Origin: an uncultured delta proteobacterium
GTDB taxonomy: Bacteria; Desulfobacterota; Binatia; JACPRU01
Assembly: GCA_963745025.1 (NCBI GenBank)
Contig: CAVUWD010000010.1
Coordinates: 160,001 to 224,000 of the forward strand
Reading direction: 5' to 3'
DNA: 64,000 bases
In this document: one piece after another, positions 39,444-51,287 of the stretch
Layout of the letters: every line of letters starts with the position of its first letter
How positions within the stretch are numbered: the stretch's first letter is position 1
Made by a program: the position numbers and the translations under genes
Notes under the pieces: generated by a model
Seen by the model: only the letters and a program-made list of their open reading frames with translations
Told to the model about the DNA's origin: nothing
The model's database searches: none

Positions 39444-40394
39444 TCAGGCCGAGTTGCGGCGGTGCTCGAGGGGCCCGATGCCCGGCCGGTAGATATCTTC
39501 GCGAGTGAACGGAATCGCCGTGACGTTGGCCGCAAGCTTGGACGCGACGACCTGGTAGAGGCCGATCGCGCCTTCGGAGAAGAAGACCGAGGAGGCCGTG
39601 AGGTAGAGACGCCAGATTCGATAGGTCTTCTCCGGGACGAGCTGCAGGGCCTCGCTCCGGTGCTGCTCCAGTCGCTCGGCCCACTGGCGACAGGTCCGTG
39701 AGTAGTGTTCGCGTAGCTGCTCGACGTCGCGTATCTCCCAGTTCACATCCTCCATCACGGACAGGATGTGGCTTACGTGGGTGAGTTCCCCGTTCGGGAA
39801 CACGTAGCGGGTGATGAAGTCCCATTGCGGGGTCCACTTCCAGCGGCGTTCGTGTGTGATGCCATGGCTCAGGAACAGGCCGCCGGGCTTCAGGAGCTCG
39901 CGCACCTGAGAAAAATACGCAGGGTAGTTGGCGATTCCCACGTGCTCGATGATCCCCACCGCCGCGATCTTGTCGTAGAGATCCTGGCCGCGGATCTCGC
40001 GGTAGTCGCGGCACTCGACCTGGCAGACTCTTTCGAGGCCACGCTCGCGGATGCGGGCTCGCGCATAGGAGGCCTGCGACGGGCTGAGCGTCACCCCGTG
40101 TGCTTCGACGCCGTAGTGCTCGGCAGCCCACACGAGGAGACTTCCCCAACCGCAGCCGATGTCGAGCAAGCGCTCGCCGGGCTGAAGCCGGAGCTTGCGG
40201 CAGACGAGATCGAGCTTGTCGCACTGCGCCTCGTCCAGACCACCATCCGGACGGCGGTAGTAGGCGCAGGTGTAGACCATGGTGGGGCCGAGGAAGAGCT
40301 CGTAAAACTCGTTCGAGACGTCGTAGTGGTACTGGATCGCCTTGCGATCTCGCTCGATGTCCTTCTCTCGACTGCCCTTCAGAGCCGCGAACAT
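39444..40394 (-). CDS. CFA-synthase/TmpB-like SAM methyltransferase, catalytic domain only
   Basis: AIQYHYDVSNEFY, MVYTCAYY, LLDIGCGWG, YVFPNGEL, HY and RIWRLYL motifs; own GGAGG RBS. Confidence 0.9.
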   Translation of the reverse strand: MFAALKGSREKDIERDRKAIQYHYDVSNEFYELFLGPTMVYTCAYYRRPDGGLDEAQCDKLDLVCRKLRLQPGERLLDIGCGWGSLLVWAAEHYGVEAHGVTLSPSQASYARARIRERGLERVCQVECRDYREIRGQDLYDKIAAVGIIEHVGIANYPAYFSQVRELLKPGGLFLSHGITHERRWKWTPQWDFITRYVFPNGELTHVSHILSVMEDVNWEIRDVEQLREHYSRTCRQWAERLEQHRSEALQLVPEKTYRIWRLYLTASSVFFSEGAIGLYQVVASKLAANVTAIPFTREDIYRPGIGPLEHRRNSA

Positions 40395-40425
40395 TGCGCG
40401 TCCCTCCTAGCTCGGCATCCGTTCC

Positions 40426-41541
40426 TCAACCCATGCCGAATGCCCCCTCGAATACCAGGCGCCTTCGTAGCCAAGCGTTGCGGCAAATCAGTGAGCCGAG
40501 GGAGAGCAACCAGCGGCGCGGGAGAAGTCCTCCGAGCCGCGTCGCAAAGCCGGGCTCACCGGCTCCGAAGCGGGCGTCGATTGCTGCGCGATACTCGCTC
40601 GCCAGCTCCTCTTCGTCTCTGCCGCCGAGTCGCTGTAACACATGAGCCGCCGCGAGATTTCCGCTCGTCACGGCCGGCGCGATGCCCTCTCCCGAGACGT
40701 CCCTGGCGAGCCCGGCCGCATCCCCGACCAAGAAGAACCCCGGGCCCGCAACTCTTCGTGGCGCCGTGGTGCGGAGGGAGTAGGCGTGGCCGCGAAACGG
40801 CTCGAGCTCGATCCGGTGCGGCAGCCGCCCGCTCTCGACCAGCCGCTCGACGAAGGCCTCCGTCCGGCGGTGAAGACCGCGCCCGTCGTCGAGCGCGCCG
40901 ATCCCCAGGTTGAGAAAATCCCCCTTCGAGAAATACCAGCCGTAGCCGCGCAGATCGGGCTCCGGAAAGAGCTCCGGAACGCCGGGACGAGGGGCGATCG
41001 CGGCGACCCGGCCCTGCCCGATGCGAGTCTCGCTTTCCTGCGTCACTACTACCGATTCTCGCTCGGGGATTTCGCCGAACGCGCGAGCGACCGGGCAGTG
41101 GTGACCGCCGGCGCCGATCAGTAGCGGCGCGACGAAATCACCCCGCGGCGTCTCGACGACGAAGCGGCCGGCGCGCCGCTCCAGGTGCGATACCCGCACG
41201 CCGTCGATCACCTTGGCACCGGCGCCGCGGGCGCGTTCGAGCAAGAAGTGATCGAACTCGCGACGTACGATCCCGAAGCTCACCGTGTGATCCCAAGCCG
41301 TCTCCCACACCGCGCCGGCGAGCTCGAGCGTGGCACGCGCGAAGGGCTGCAGCGTCAACGGATAGCTTGCGGGATCGAGCGCGAGCTCCGCCCACACCCG
41401 ACGTGTCACCCACCCCGCGCAGAGCTTCACACGCGGGAATCGAGCGCAATCGAGAACGAGAGCCCGCACGCCGGACTGAGCAAGCCGCCACGCGGCGGTG
41501 CTGCCGCCAGGTCCACCTCCGACGATGATCGCATCGTACAT
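40426..41541 (-). CDS. FAD-dependent oxidoreductase, geranylgeranyl reductase family
   Basis: IIVGGGPGGS, FPRVKLCAG, RREFDHFL, GYGWYF and VGDAAGL..SGEGI motifs. Confidence 0.9.
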   Translation of the reverse strand: MYDAIIVGGGPGGSTAAWRLAQSGVRALVLDCARFPRVKLCAGWVTRRVWAELALDPASYPLTLQPFARATLELAGAVWETAWDHTVSFGIVRREFDHFLLERARGAGAKVIDGVRVSHLERRAGRFVVETPRGDFVAPLLIGAGGHHCPVARAFGEIPERESVVVTQESETRIGQGRVAAIAPRPGVPELFPEPDLRGYGWYFSKGDFLNLGIGALDDGRGLHRRTEAFVERLVESGRLPHRIELEPFRGHAYSLRTTAPRRVAGPGFFLVGDAAGLARDVSGEGIAPAVTSGNLAAAHVLQRLGGRDEEELASEYRAAIDARFGAGEPGFATRLGGLLPRRWLLSLGSLICRNAWLRRRLVFEGAFGMG

Positions 41542-41569
41542 GCGGAGGAGTGCCCTCCTTGGTCGTTAC

Positions 41570-41914
41570 CTAGACGTTGCCGAGCGCGCGCAGGATCGAC
41601 AGACGATCGCGGAGGCCGAGACGAATCGCCTCGATCTGGTTGGCGAGCCCGATCGCCACGAAGAGGTCTCCCTCGACGTCGAGATCCCCTTCGGCATACG
41701 CAACCGCGAAGCGCAACGTGTTCGGCCGCAACACGAGCGCGCGGAAGGTCTCTCGGCGCCGGAATACGAGCGTGAATGGCTCCCCGCTCGGGCCGAGATG
41801 GACGTGCGTCCCATCCCACAGGCGAACGGCGAAGCCAAACGGCACGTTTCCGAAGATACGGCGTAGAATCGCTGCCGCCGCCCCGGCCGATCCTGTCTCC
41901 CCTGCGATCTTCAT
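41570..41914 (-). CDS. Stand-alone N-terminal (lipid-binding) domain of a CFA-synthase-like enzyme
   Basis: FAVRLWDG..FTLVF..AYAEGDLDVEGDL, the typical CFA synthase N-domain. Confidence 0.8.
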   Translation of the reverse strand: MKIAGETGSAGAAAAILRRIFGNVPFGFAVRLWDGTHVHLGPSGEPFTLVFRRRETFRALVLRPNTLRFAVAYAEGDLDVEGDLFVAIGLANQIEAIRLGLRDRLSILRALGNV

Positions 41915-42013
41915 TCGCTCAAGAGCATCGCTGCCATGCGAACGCCGACACACCGATTGTCCGCCCGCGGCGGGCCGTTATCGAGGCGAAAAGGGCCCAT
42001 CCCATGCGAATCG

Positions 42014-42505
42014 TCACTTTCGCGACCGAGCGTCCGTCTCCGTCTGTCCGTCCGGCGGCGGCTCGAGAGCGGCCAAGTGGGCTTCGAGGAGATCGCTGCG
42101 GGTGAGGATCCCGACGAGTCGGTGATTTTCGACGATCGGCACGGCGCCGATCCGCTCCCGGCGCAGCAAGCGGACCGCTTCGGCGAGGCCAGCGTCGGGG
42201 TGAAGCGTCAACGGGTTCGCGGTCATCACCATCTCGACCGACACCTGCTCCGGGCTCGAGAACGATTTTCGTCCCTTGCGCATGTCCTGCCGCAGGACGT
42301 CGAGGATCGATGGAAACGCATCGCGGAGATCCCGATCGGTGACTATGCCGACGAGCCTGCGATCCTCGACGACCGCCAGCTGGTTGATGCGATTCTCTTC
42401 GAGCAGCTGGCGAGCCCGGGTGACGGGATCGAGCGGCTTCACCGTCTTGACGGGGCTCGTCATCCAGCTACGGACTTTGTCTGCGGGGCCTGAAGGCTTG
42501 CTCAT
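42014..42505 (-). CDS. CBS domain protein (close paralog of 23702-24181)
   Basis: WMTSP..RINQL..TDRDLRDAFPS..RERIGAVPIV shared with the paralog; GAGGAG RBS. Confidence 0.92.
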   Translation of the reverse strand: MSKPSGPADKVRSWMTSPVKTVKPLDPVTRARQLLEENRINQLAVVEDRRLVGIVTDRDLRDAFPSILDVLRQDMRKGRKSFSSPEQVSVEMVMTANPLTLHPDAGLAEAVRLLRRERIGAVPIVENHRLVGILTRSDLLEAHLAALEPPPDGQTETDARSRK

Positions 42506-42564
42506 TCCGATCTCCTCTTCGTAGAGCCCCAACGCGCAGGCTGGGCCAAGCCGCTCACAGAAAA

Positions 42565-42580
42565 TGCAAGGCCCGGGCCA
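42565..42580 (-). promoter_or_regulatory. sigma-54 motif (leftward of a divergent pair)
   Basis: TGGCCCGGGCCTTGCA. Confidence 0.65.
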
Positions 42581-42710
42581 ATGCGCAATGCTATGGGCCA
42601 GGCGACGAGTACTCGAATCGCTCGGAATCGGCCTTCCAACCATCGAGAAACCGCGTACTAGTTTCTCTCGGAATCGAGAACGGCCCTGGTCGAAGAGCCG
42701 TGCGCACTCG

Positions 42711-42726
42711 TGGCACGGAATTCGCT
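42711..42726 (+). promoter_or_regulatory. sigma-54 motif (rightward of a divergent pair)
   Basis: TGGCACGGAATTCGCT. Confidence 0.65.
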
Positions 42727-42753
42727 GCCTCATCCTGGCGAGGAAGGCTCAGC

Positions 42754-43290
42754 ATGTCAGGCCGGCGGATCTATCGCGAAGACGTCGAGATAGCGCAGGC
42801 TGGGGAGAGCGTCCAGCAAGCTGCGCGCCGCATGCGCGAACGCCGCGTCGGCACCCTGGTCGTCGTAGACGACCTCAGGCATCCGATCGGGATCATCACC
42901 GATCGCGATCTTGCCGTGCGCGTGCTCGGGGAAGAGCGAGATCCGGTGACTACGCAGGTCGGAGATGTGATGAGTCGACCACCGGTGGTCGTCTCGCAAG
43001 ACACCCCGACCGAGTCTGCGTTGGCGCTCATGAGTACACGAGCCCGAAGCTTTCGCCGCCTTCCCGTCGTCGATGGCAGGGGTCGCCTCGCCGGTATCAT
43101 CACCGTCGACGGCGCTTTGACGCGAATCGCAGCGGAGCTCGCGTCGATCGACCGCGTCATCGAGGGACAGACGCCATTTCTCACGGACGGCCTCGTCCGG
43201 GAAAACGCGCCTCCCCAGGTTAAACGCGGGCCGCGCGCCGTGTCGCGCCGACCCGCCGCTCTGGGCGAGACCAAGGGCCGATCGACGTGA
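42754..43290 (+). CDS. CBS domain protein (Rv2626c/Hrp1-like)
   Basis: AARRMRERRVGTLVVV..GIITDRDL..RRLPVVD..GIITVD. Confidence 0.9.
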   Translation: MSGRRIYREDVEIAQAGESVQQAARRMRERRVGTLVVVDDLRHPIGIITDRDLAVRVLGEERDPVTTQVGDVMSRPPVVVSQDTPTESALALMSTRARSFRRLPVVDGRGRLAGIITVDGALTRIAAELASIDRVIEGQTPFLTDGLVRENAPPQVKRGPRAVSRRPAALGETKGRST

Positions 43291-43320
43291 TACGGTCGCG
43301 CGAAAGCCGGTGACTTGGCG

Positions 43321-46113
<2,793 letters not shown>

Positions 46114-46172
46114 GAGAATCGGTGCCCGCGATTCGCCACAGCTTCGCGAGCCACCCGGGCGCAGCCCGGAAT

Positions 46173-46188
46173 GGGTCCGGGGCTTGCA
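46173..46188 (+). promoter_or_regulatory. sigma-54 motif upstream of the malic enzyme gene
   Basis: GGGTCCGGGGCTTGCA, nearly identical to the 39270 motif. Confidence 0.55.
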
Positions 46189-46252
46189 TGTTCCAACCAC
46201 GGAGAAGCGCGACGATGGAAGATGCCTTCCGGTTTGGATTGGAGGTCGATTA

Positions 46253-47590
46253 GTGCCGACGAAGGAAGATTTGCTCGCCAAGGCGGCGAAGCCCTCGCAA
46301 GACGCTCTTCGCCTCCATCCGTTCTATCGCGGCAAGATTCAAGTGCTGCCGAAGTGCCCGGTCCGCAACCTCGGCGACTTCGCGGTTTGGTACACGCCCG
46401 GCGTGGCCGCGCCGTGCAAGGAGATCCGCAAACATCCCGAGCTCGTCTGGGAGCACACGAACCGCGGCAACTCGATCGCCGTCGTCACCGACGGGACGCG
46501 CATCCTCGGTCTCGGCGACATCGGTCCCGAGGCCGGTCTTCCGGTGATGGAAGGCAAGGCATTGCTCTTCAAGTACCTAGGCGGCGTCGATGCGGTGCCG
46601 ATCTGTCTCGGTACCAAGGATCCCGACGAGATCGTGCGTACCGTGACGCTCCTCGAGCCCTCCTTCGGCGGCATCAATCTCGAAGACATCGCCCAGCCGA
46701 AGTGCTTCCGTGTGCTGGACCGGCTGCGCGCGGTGATGAAGATTCCCGTTTGGCACGACGACCAGCAGGGCACCGGCACCGTCGTGCTCGCGGGGCTTCG
46801 TAACGCGCTTCGCCTGGTGGGAAAGGAGCTTCGCCGGGTGCGCATCGCGATGATCGGCATGGGCGCGGCCAACGTCGCCAACTACCGGATGCTTCTGGCG
46901 TCCGGCGTAGATCCGGGCGCGATCGTCGCGTGCGACAGCCGCGGAATCCTCCACCCGGGCCGAAGCGACGTCGAAGCGGCGCGCGACGAGTTCGCCGACA
47001 AGTGGCGGGCCTGCACCGACACGAACGCGGATCGCATCCGCGGCGGGATTGTCGAGGCGCTCGGCGGCGCGGACGTGTGTCTCGCCTTCTCGTCCGGGGA
47101 AGCGATCCAGCCCGAGTGGGTGAAGGGGATGCGCAAGGACGCGATCCTCTTCGCATGCGCCAATCCAGTGCCTGAGGTCTGGCCCTGGGAAGCGCGCGCA
47201 GCCGGCGCGCGCATCGTCGCAACCGGCCGCAGCGACTTCCCGAACCAAGTGAACAACTCGCTCGGCTTCCCCGGTATCTTCCGCGGCGTCCTCGACGTTC
47301 GCGCGCGTGCGATCAGCGAAGAGATGGCCATCGCGGCCGCCGATGCCCTGGCCGACTTCGCCGTCGAGCGCGGGCTCGGGGAGGACGACATTCTGCCGCG
47401 AATGGACGAGTGGGAGGTCGTTCCGCGCGTCGCGGTGGCGACTGCCGTCGCGGCGGAACGGCAGGGGCTCGCGGCGCTTCACGTCGACGCCGAGCGTCTC
47501 CACGCGGATGCCGTCCGTCGACTGCGCGATGCCCGCGCATCCGTCGACACGCTGTTCCGGGCAGGGCTGATCGCGCCACCGCCAGATTGA
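46253..47590 (+). CDS. NAD(P)-dependent malic enzyme (short form)
   Basis: YTPGVA, GLPVMEGKALLFK, INLEDI, HDDQQGT and ATGRSDFPNQVNN motifs; GGAGG RBS before the GTG. Confidence 0.93.
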   Translation: MPTKEDLLAKAAKPSQDALRLHPFYRGKIQVLPKCPVRNLGDFAVWYTPGVAAPCKEIRKHPELVWEHTNRGNSIAVVTDGTRILGLGDIGPEAGLPVMEGKALLFKYLGGVDAVPICLGTKDPDEIVRTVTLLEPSFGGINLEDIAQPKCFRVLDRLRAVMKIPVWHDDQQGTGTVVLAGLRNALRLVGKELRRVRIAMIGMGAANVANYRMLLASGVDPGAIVACDSRGILHPGRSDVEAARDEFADKWRACTDTNADRIRGGIVEALGGADVCLAFSSGEAIQPEWVKGMRKDAILFACANPVPEVWPWEARAAGARIVATGRSDFPNQVNNSLGFPGIFRGVLDVRARAISEEMAIAAADALADFAVERGLGEDDILPRMDEWEVVPRVAVATAVAAERQGLAALHVDAERLHADAVRRLRDARASVDTLFRAGLIAPPPD

Positions 47591-47707
47591 CGGAGGTCTC
47601 GATGAGTCAGACGACGACGGTTGCGCGCGAGACGATCGCGGGGCACGAAGGCGAGGCGCCGCCCGAAGCTCCGCTCGCGGAGAAGAAGTGACCCAGCGGA
47701 GGCTCCC

Positions 47708-48190
47708 ATGGAAATCCTGAGCATCTCGATCGCTCTGCCCGAGGGGACCAACATCGTCGTCGGCCAGGCGCACTTCATCAAGACGGTCGAAGACCTGGCG
47801 GAGATCGTCATCACGACCGTCCCGTCGGCGAGATATGGGCTCGCGTTCAACGAATCGTCGGGGCCCTGTCTCGTCCGGTGCGAAGGAAACGATCCCGAGC
47901 TACGGGAGAGCGCCAGCCGAAATGCCCAGGCGATCGGCGCTGGGCACGTGTTCGTGCTCCTGTTGCGCGAGTGTTACCCGCTGAACGTGCTCGGCCGCAT
48001 CAAGGACTGCCCCGAGGTCTGCTCGGTCTTCTGCGCGACCGCGAATCCAGTCGAGGTGGTCGTGGCCGAGTCGGCGCAGGGCCGAGGGATTCTCGGCGTG
48101 ATCGACGGCCAGAGACCAAAGGGCGTCGAGTCGGCGCCAGACGTCGCCGACCGCAAGGGATTTCTCAGAAGGATCGGCTACAAGTTCTGA
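47708..48190 (+). CDS. Adenosine-specific kinase family (DUF355/PAE2307-like)
   Basis: GQAHFIKTVEDL, AFNESSG, GAGH, CATANP, GRGILGVIDG and IGYK motifs. Confidence 0.88.
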   Translation: MEILSISIALPEGTNIVVGQAHFIKTVEDLAEIVITTVPSARYGLAFNESSGPCLVRCEGNDPELRESASRNAQAIGAGHVFVLLLRECYPLNVLGRIKDCPEVCSVFCATANPVEVVVAESAQGRGILGVIDGQRPKGVESAPDVADRKGFLRRIGYKF

Positions 48191-48203
48191 GCTCGGCGAT
48201 CGG

Positions 48204-48914
48204 TCAGTGCGCAGCCGGAAGTCGCGGTCTACGCCCGACGGACTTTCGATGGTGCGGCGGAAGGCGGAACATCGCGCCGTCGCGGCCGAGCTCTCCGAAC
48301 GACGGCCGTTCGCCACGGTCCACCGCGCGGATCGTCGGCCGCCCGATGTGTGCGAACACGAGGCGGCGAATGCCGTGCTCGCGCGCCTCGCGGGCCACGT
48401 CGAGAGCCGCGGCGTGGCCCCCCGCGCCAGCCGCGAAGCGGATCGGCCGCCGCCAGCCTGCGGCGTCGGCGAACATCAGATCGGCCGCGGCGGCCCACGC
48501 CGGGAACTCGAGGAACTCCGGAGCCCACACGACCTGAGAGCGGCCCGCCTCGATCCGGTAGCCGCAGGTCCGATGTGACGTGTGTACGACCGGGTGGGGT
48601 GTGATGCGAAGACCGGGCGCAGACCATGCAACCAGGCGGGGTACGAGTCCGCGCGCCATCGCGAGCCGACGGATCGCGATGGCGAGCTCGGCCTTCTCGT
48701 CGGTCACGAGCCATGCGTCGAGGCGCCCGCGTGGCACCGCCGCGGAACCGCCGTCGATCATCACGCGGCTACGGCCATGCGTGACGAGCAAGCCCGCCGG
48801 CGCGTAGCGGGGCGAGTTCATCGCGCCCACGCCGAGGAGCCACAATCGAAGCGGCTCGCCACCGGCTCCGAGATGTCGTCTGCGCCCGCCCCGGAGCGGC
48901 CGACTTTGCTTCAC
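48204..48914 (-). CDS. MBL-fold metallohydrolase-like protein
   Basis: LGVGAMNSPRYAPAGLLV, VVHTSH..GYRI, WAPEF, GGH and FAHIG motifs. Confidence 0.65.
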   Translation of the reverse strand: MKQSRPLRGGRRRHLGAGGEPLRLWLLGVGAMNSPRYAPAGLLVTHGRSRVMIDGGSAAVPRGRLDAWLVTDEKAELAIAIRRLAMARGLVPRLVAWSAPGLRITPHPVVHTSHRTCGYRIEAGRSQVVWAPEFLEFPAWAAAADLMFADAAGWRRPIRFAAGAGGHAAALDVAREAREHGIRRLVFAHIGRPTIRAVDRGERPSFGELGRDGAMFRLPPHHRKSVGRRPRLPAAH

Positions 48915-49345
48915 TCCTCCTCTCGGCCCGGCGTGACCGGAGCCTCGGCGGCGCCTGCGATCCCCGAGGCCGCCGTGGTTTCCTTGCGCTGCTTGCAGGC
49001 GAGGCAAAGGCGCGCGGCGGGAATCGCCCGCAACCGCTCGGCATCGATCGGCGCGCGGCACGACTCGCATGCGCCGTAGAGCCCCGCGGCGATCTTACCG
49101 AGCGCGTGTTGGATCTCCTCGAGCTCCGTTCTCTCGCGATCGTCGAGCCGCGCGAGCAACCGCTTCGCGGCCTCTTCCTGCGCGCGCTCTAGCCATTCGC
49201 TCTCCCGGTCCTCTTCGATCGCGTGGAGGTCCGCTTCGACGCCCTCGAAGACGTGGAAGAGCGTGCGCCGGGCCGCGATGAGCCGTGCGCGCAGCTCGTC
49301 GATCGTCCCACGGTCGAGTGAACGGCGGCGGTTGATCCGGTTCAC
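48911..49345 (-). CDS. TraR/DksA C4 zinc-finger protein
   Basis: Coiled coil then YGACESC..RL.AIP.ARLCLAC; GTGA overlaps at both ends. Confidence 0.88.
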   Translation of the reverse strand: MNRINRRRSLDRGTIDELRARLIAARRTLFHVFEGVEADLHAIEEDRESEWLERAQEEAAKRLLARLDDRERTELEEIQHALGKIAAGLYGACESCRAPIDAERLRAIPAARLCLACKQRKETTAASGIAGAAEAPVTPGREEE

Positions 49346-49722
49346 GAGTGATACCTCACTCGCGGCAGGGTGATGTGCAGCACGCCGCCGCACAAGGTCA
49401 CCACCCGTTCCTCGGGCGCGACGGGGAAGGGCAGGCACACCCGGCGGCGAAACGTGCCGCTGCGGACGGCGTCCCGATGCAGGCGACCGAAGCCCGGCTC
49501 GCGGATCTTGCCCTCGACGTGCACTTCGTCTTCGGATGCGAGCACTCTGACGTCGCCGACCTCCACCCCGGCAAAGAAGATGCGGATCTCCAACTCCTCG
49601 TCCGACTCGAGGACTTCGAACGGCGGCTCGAGCGCCTCCGCTTCCCCAGTGACGAGCTCGAGCGCCAACTCCAATTGCGAAGCGGCTTCGTCGCGGTCGT
49701 CCTCAAAAGTGTTGTTCGCCAT
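49342..49722 (-). CDS. Hsp20 family protein (divergent)
   Basis: PPFEV, AGV, VEG, GTFRRRVCLP and GGVLHITLP motifs. Confidence 0.8.
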   Translation of the reverse strand: MANNTFEDDRDEAASQLELALELVTGEAEALEPPFEVLESDEELEIRIFFAGVEVGDVRVLASEDEVHVEGKIREPGFGRLHRDAVRSGTFRRRVCLPFPVAPEERVVTLCGGVLHITLPRVRYHS

Positions 49723-49750
49723 TCTCCCGACCTCTCTGATCCCTCAATCA

Positions 49751-49766
49751 AGCAGAAGCCGTGCCA
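49751..49766 (-). promoter_or_regulatory. sigma-54 motif upstream of the hsp20-dksA-MBL operon
   Basis: TGGCACGGCTTCTGCT. Confidence 0.7.
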
Positions 49767-49867
49767 CCGGTGATCGTCTTACCGCCGGCCGCCGTTGCCA
49801 ACAATGAGAAAGGCGACGCCGGCTCATGACCGAAGCCGGGAATTGCGGAGAATCTTCGTGCGCGGCC

Positions 49868-51232
49868 TCAGAGCGTAACGCTCAGCTCCCTCAGGATCCG
49901 CTGGTGCGACGTTTCGAGCGCCGCGCTGACGCGCACGGGATATGCCGGATCGACTGCGTCGAGGGCGCGCAAGCGGGCCGGCAGCTCGGCGATCCCGCGG
50001 CTCGCGCGGCTCCGAGCCGCCGACAGCGTCTCGCTCCCCGCCGCCGTGCGGCGGCCACCTCGCATGACCTGGACGAGGAGCGGGCGGCCGTCGAGCGCCT
50101 CGTCGTGGTGCGCGATCACGTCGCTCACCGCCTCGCCCTGCGTGAACGTGCGAAACACTTGCTTGCGCCCTGGCAGGATCGGCTTCTCGGGCGAGAGCTT
50201 GGTTCGTCCGATTCCGGCATACTCGACGAGCTTGTAAGCCATGTCGAGATACGGCGCATCATCCGAGACACCCATGTGGGTGCCCACCCCGAATCCAGCG
50301 ATGGGCGCGCCCTGCGCGACGAGCTTGGCGATCGTGTACTCGTCGAGGCTCGAGCTCGCGAAGAGGCTGACCCCCTGGAGGCCCGCTTCGTCGAGTATCC
50401 GGCGCGCCGCCTTCGACAGCGCATCGAGATCCCCGGAATCGAGGCGTAGCGCCGAGATGCGGAAGCGCTCGCCCATCTCGCGCGCGAGCGCTACGACCTT
50501 CCGTACCGCCGCGAGCGTGTCGTACGTGTCGACGAGCAGCACCGTCTCGGGATAGAGGCGCACGAACGCTCGGAAGGCTTCGATCTCGTTCGCATGGGCC
50601 TGGACGTAGCTGTGCGCCATCGTTCCCGCGACGGGAATTCCATAGGTCAGTCCCGCCAGCACATTCGACGTCGAGTGGACGCCCGCTACGTAGAAGGCCC
50701 GGGCCGCCTTCATTCCCGCGTCGGTTCCGTGCATTCGCCGAACTCCGAAATCGACGACCGTGCGACCGTTCGCGGCGGTCACCACCCGAGCCGCCTTGGA
50801 CGCTGCGACCGTCTGGAAGTGCAGCTGATTCATGAGAAACGTCTCGGCGAGCTGCGCCTCGGGAAGCGGAGCGACGACCTCGACGAGGGGCTCGCCGCCG
50901 AACACGACCGTTCCCTCGGGCACGGCGAACACGTCTCCGCGGAATCGGAGACGCGCCAGACGCTCGAGAAAGCGGTCCGAGAACAGTCCGATGCGCGACA
51001 GCGCGGCGATCGCCTCCACCGGGAACGACAACGTCTCGAGATAGCGCAGGACATCATCGAGGCCGCAAGCGACGAGATAGTTGCGATGCTCCGGCAGACG
51101 ACGGACGAAGAGATCGAAGACCGACTCTTCCTCCATCCCCTCCTCGAAGTAGGCCTGGAGCATCGTCAGCTCGTAGAGGTCCGTCAGCAAGGCGGCGTTC
51201 GAATCGTTCACCCATCCGCTTGGACCGTTCAC
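49868..51232 (-). CDS. pncB: Nicotinate phosphoribosyltransferase
   Basis: LLTDLYELTM, DFGVRR, GTMAHS, LVDTYD, RLDSGD and FGVGT motifs. Confidence 0.95.
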   Translation of the reverse strand: MNGPSGWVNDSNAALLTDLYELTMLQAYFEEGMEEESVFDLFVRRLPEHRNYLVACGLDDVLRYLETLSFPVEAIAALSRIGLFSDRFLERLARLRFRGDVFAVPEGTVVFGGEPLVEVVAPLPEAQLAETFLMNQLHFQTVAASKAARVVTAANGRTVVDFGVRRMHGTDAGMKAARAFYVAGVHSTSNVLAGLTYGIPVAGTMAHSYVQAHANEIEAFRAFVRLYPETVLLVDTYDTLAAVRKVVALAREMGERFRISALRLDSGDLDALSKAARRILDEAGLQGVSLFASSSLDEYTIAKLVAQGAPIAGFGVGTHMGVSDDAPYLDMAYKLVEYAGIGRTKLSPEKPILPGRKQVFRTFTQGEAVSDVIAHHDEALDGRPLLVQVMRGGRRTAAGSETLSAARSRASRGIAELPARLRALDAVDPAYPVRVSAALETSHQRILRELSVTL

Positions 51233-51287
51233 TGGACTTCTTCCTCGGACGACTGCGATTCGCCGGACCAGACTTCGCAGATCTCCT

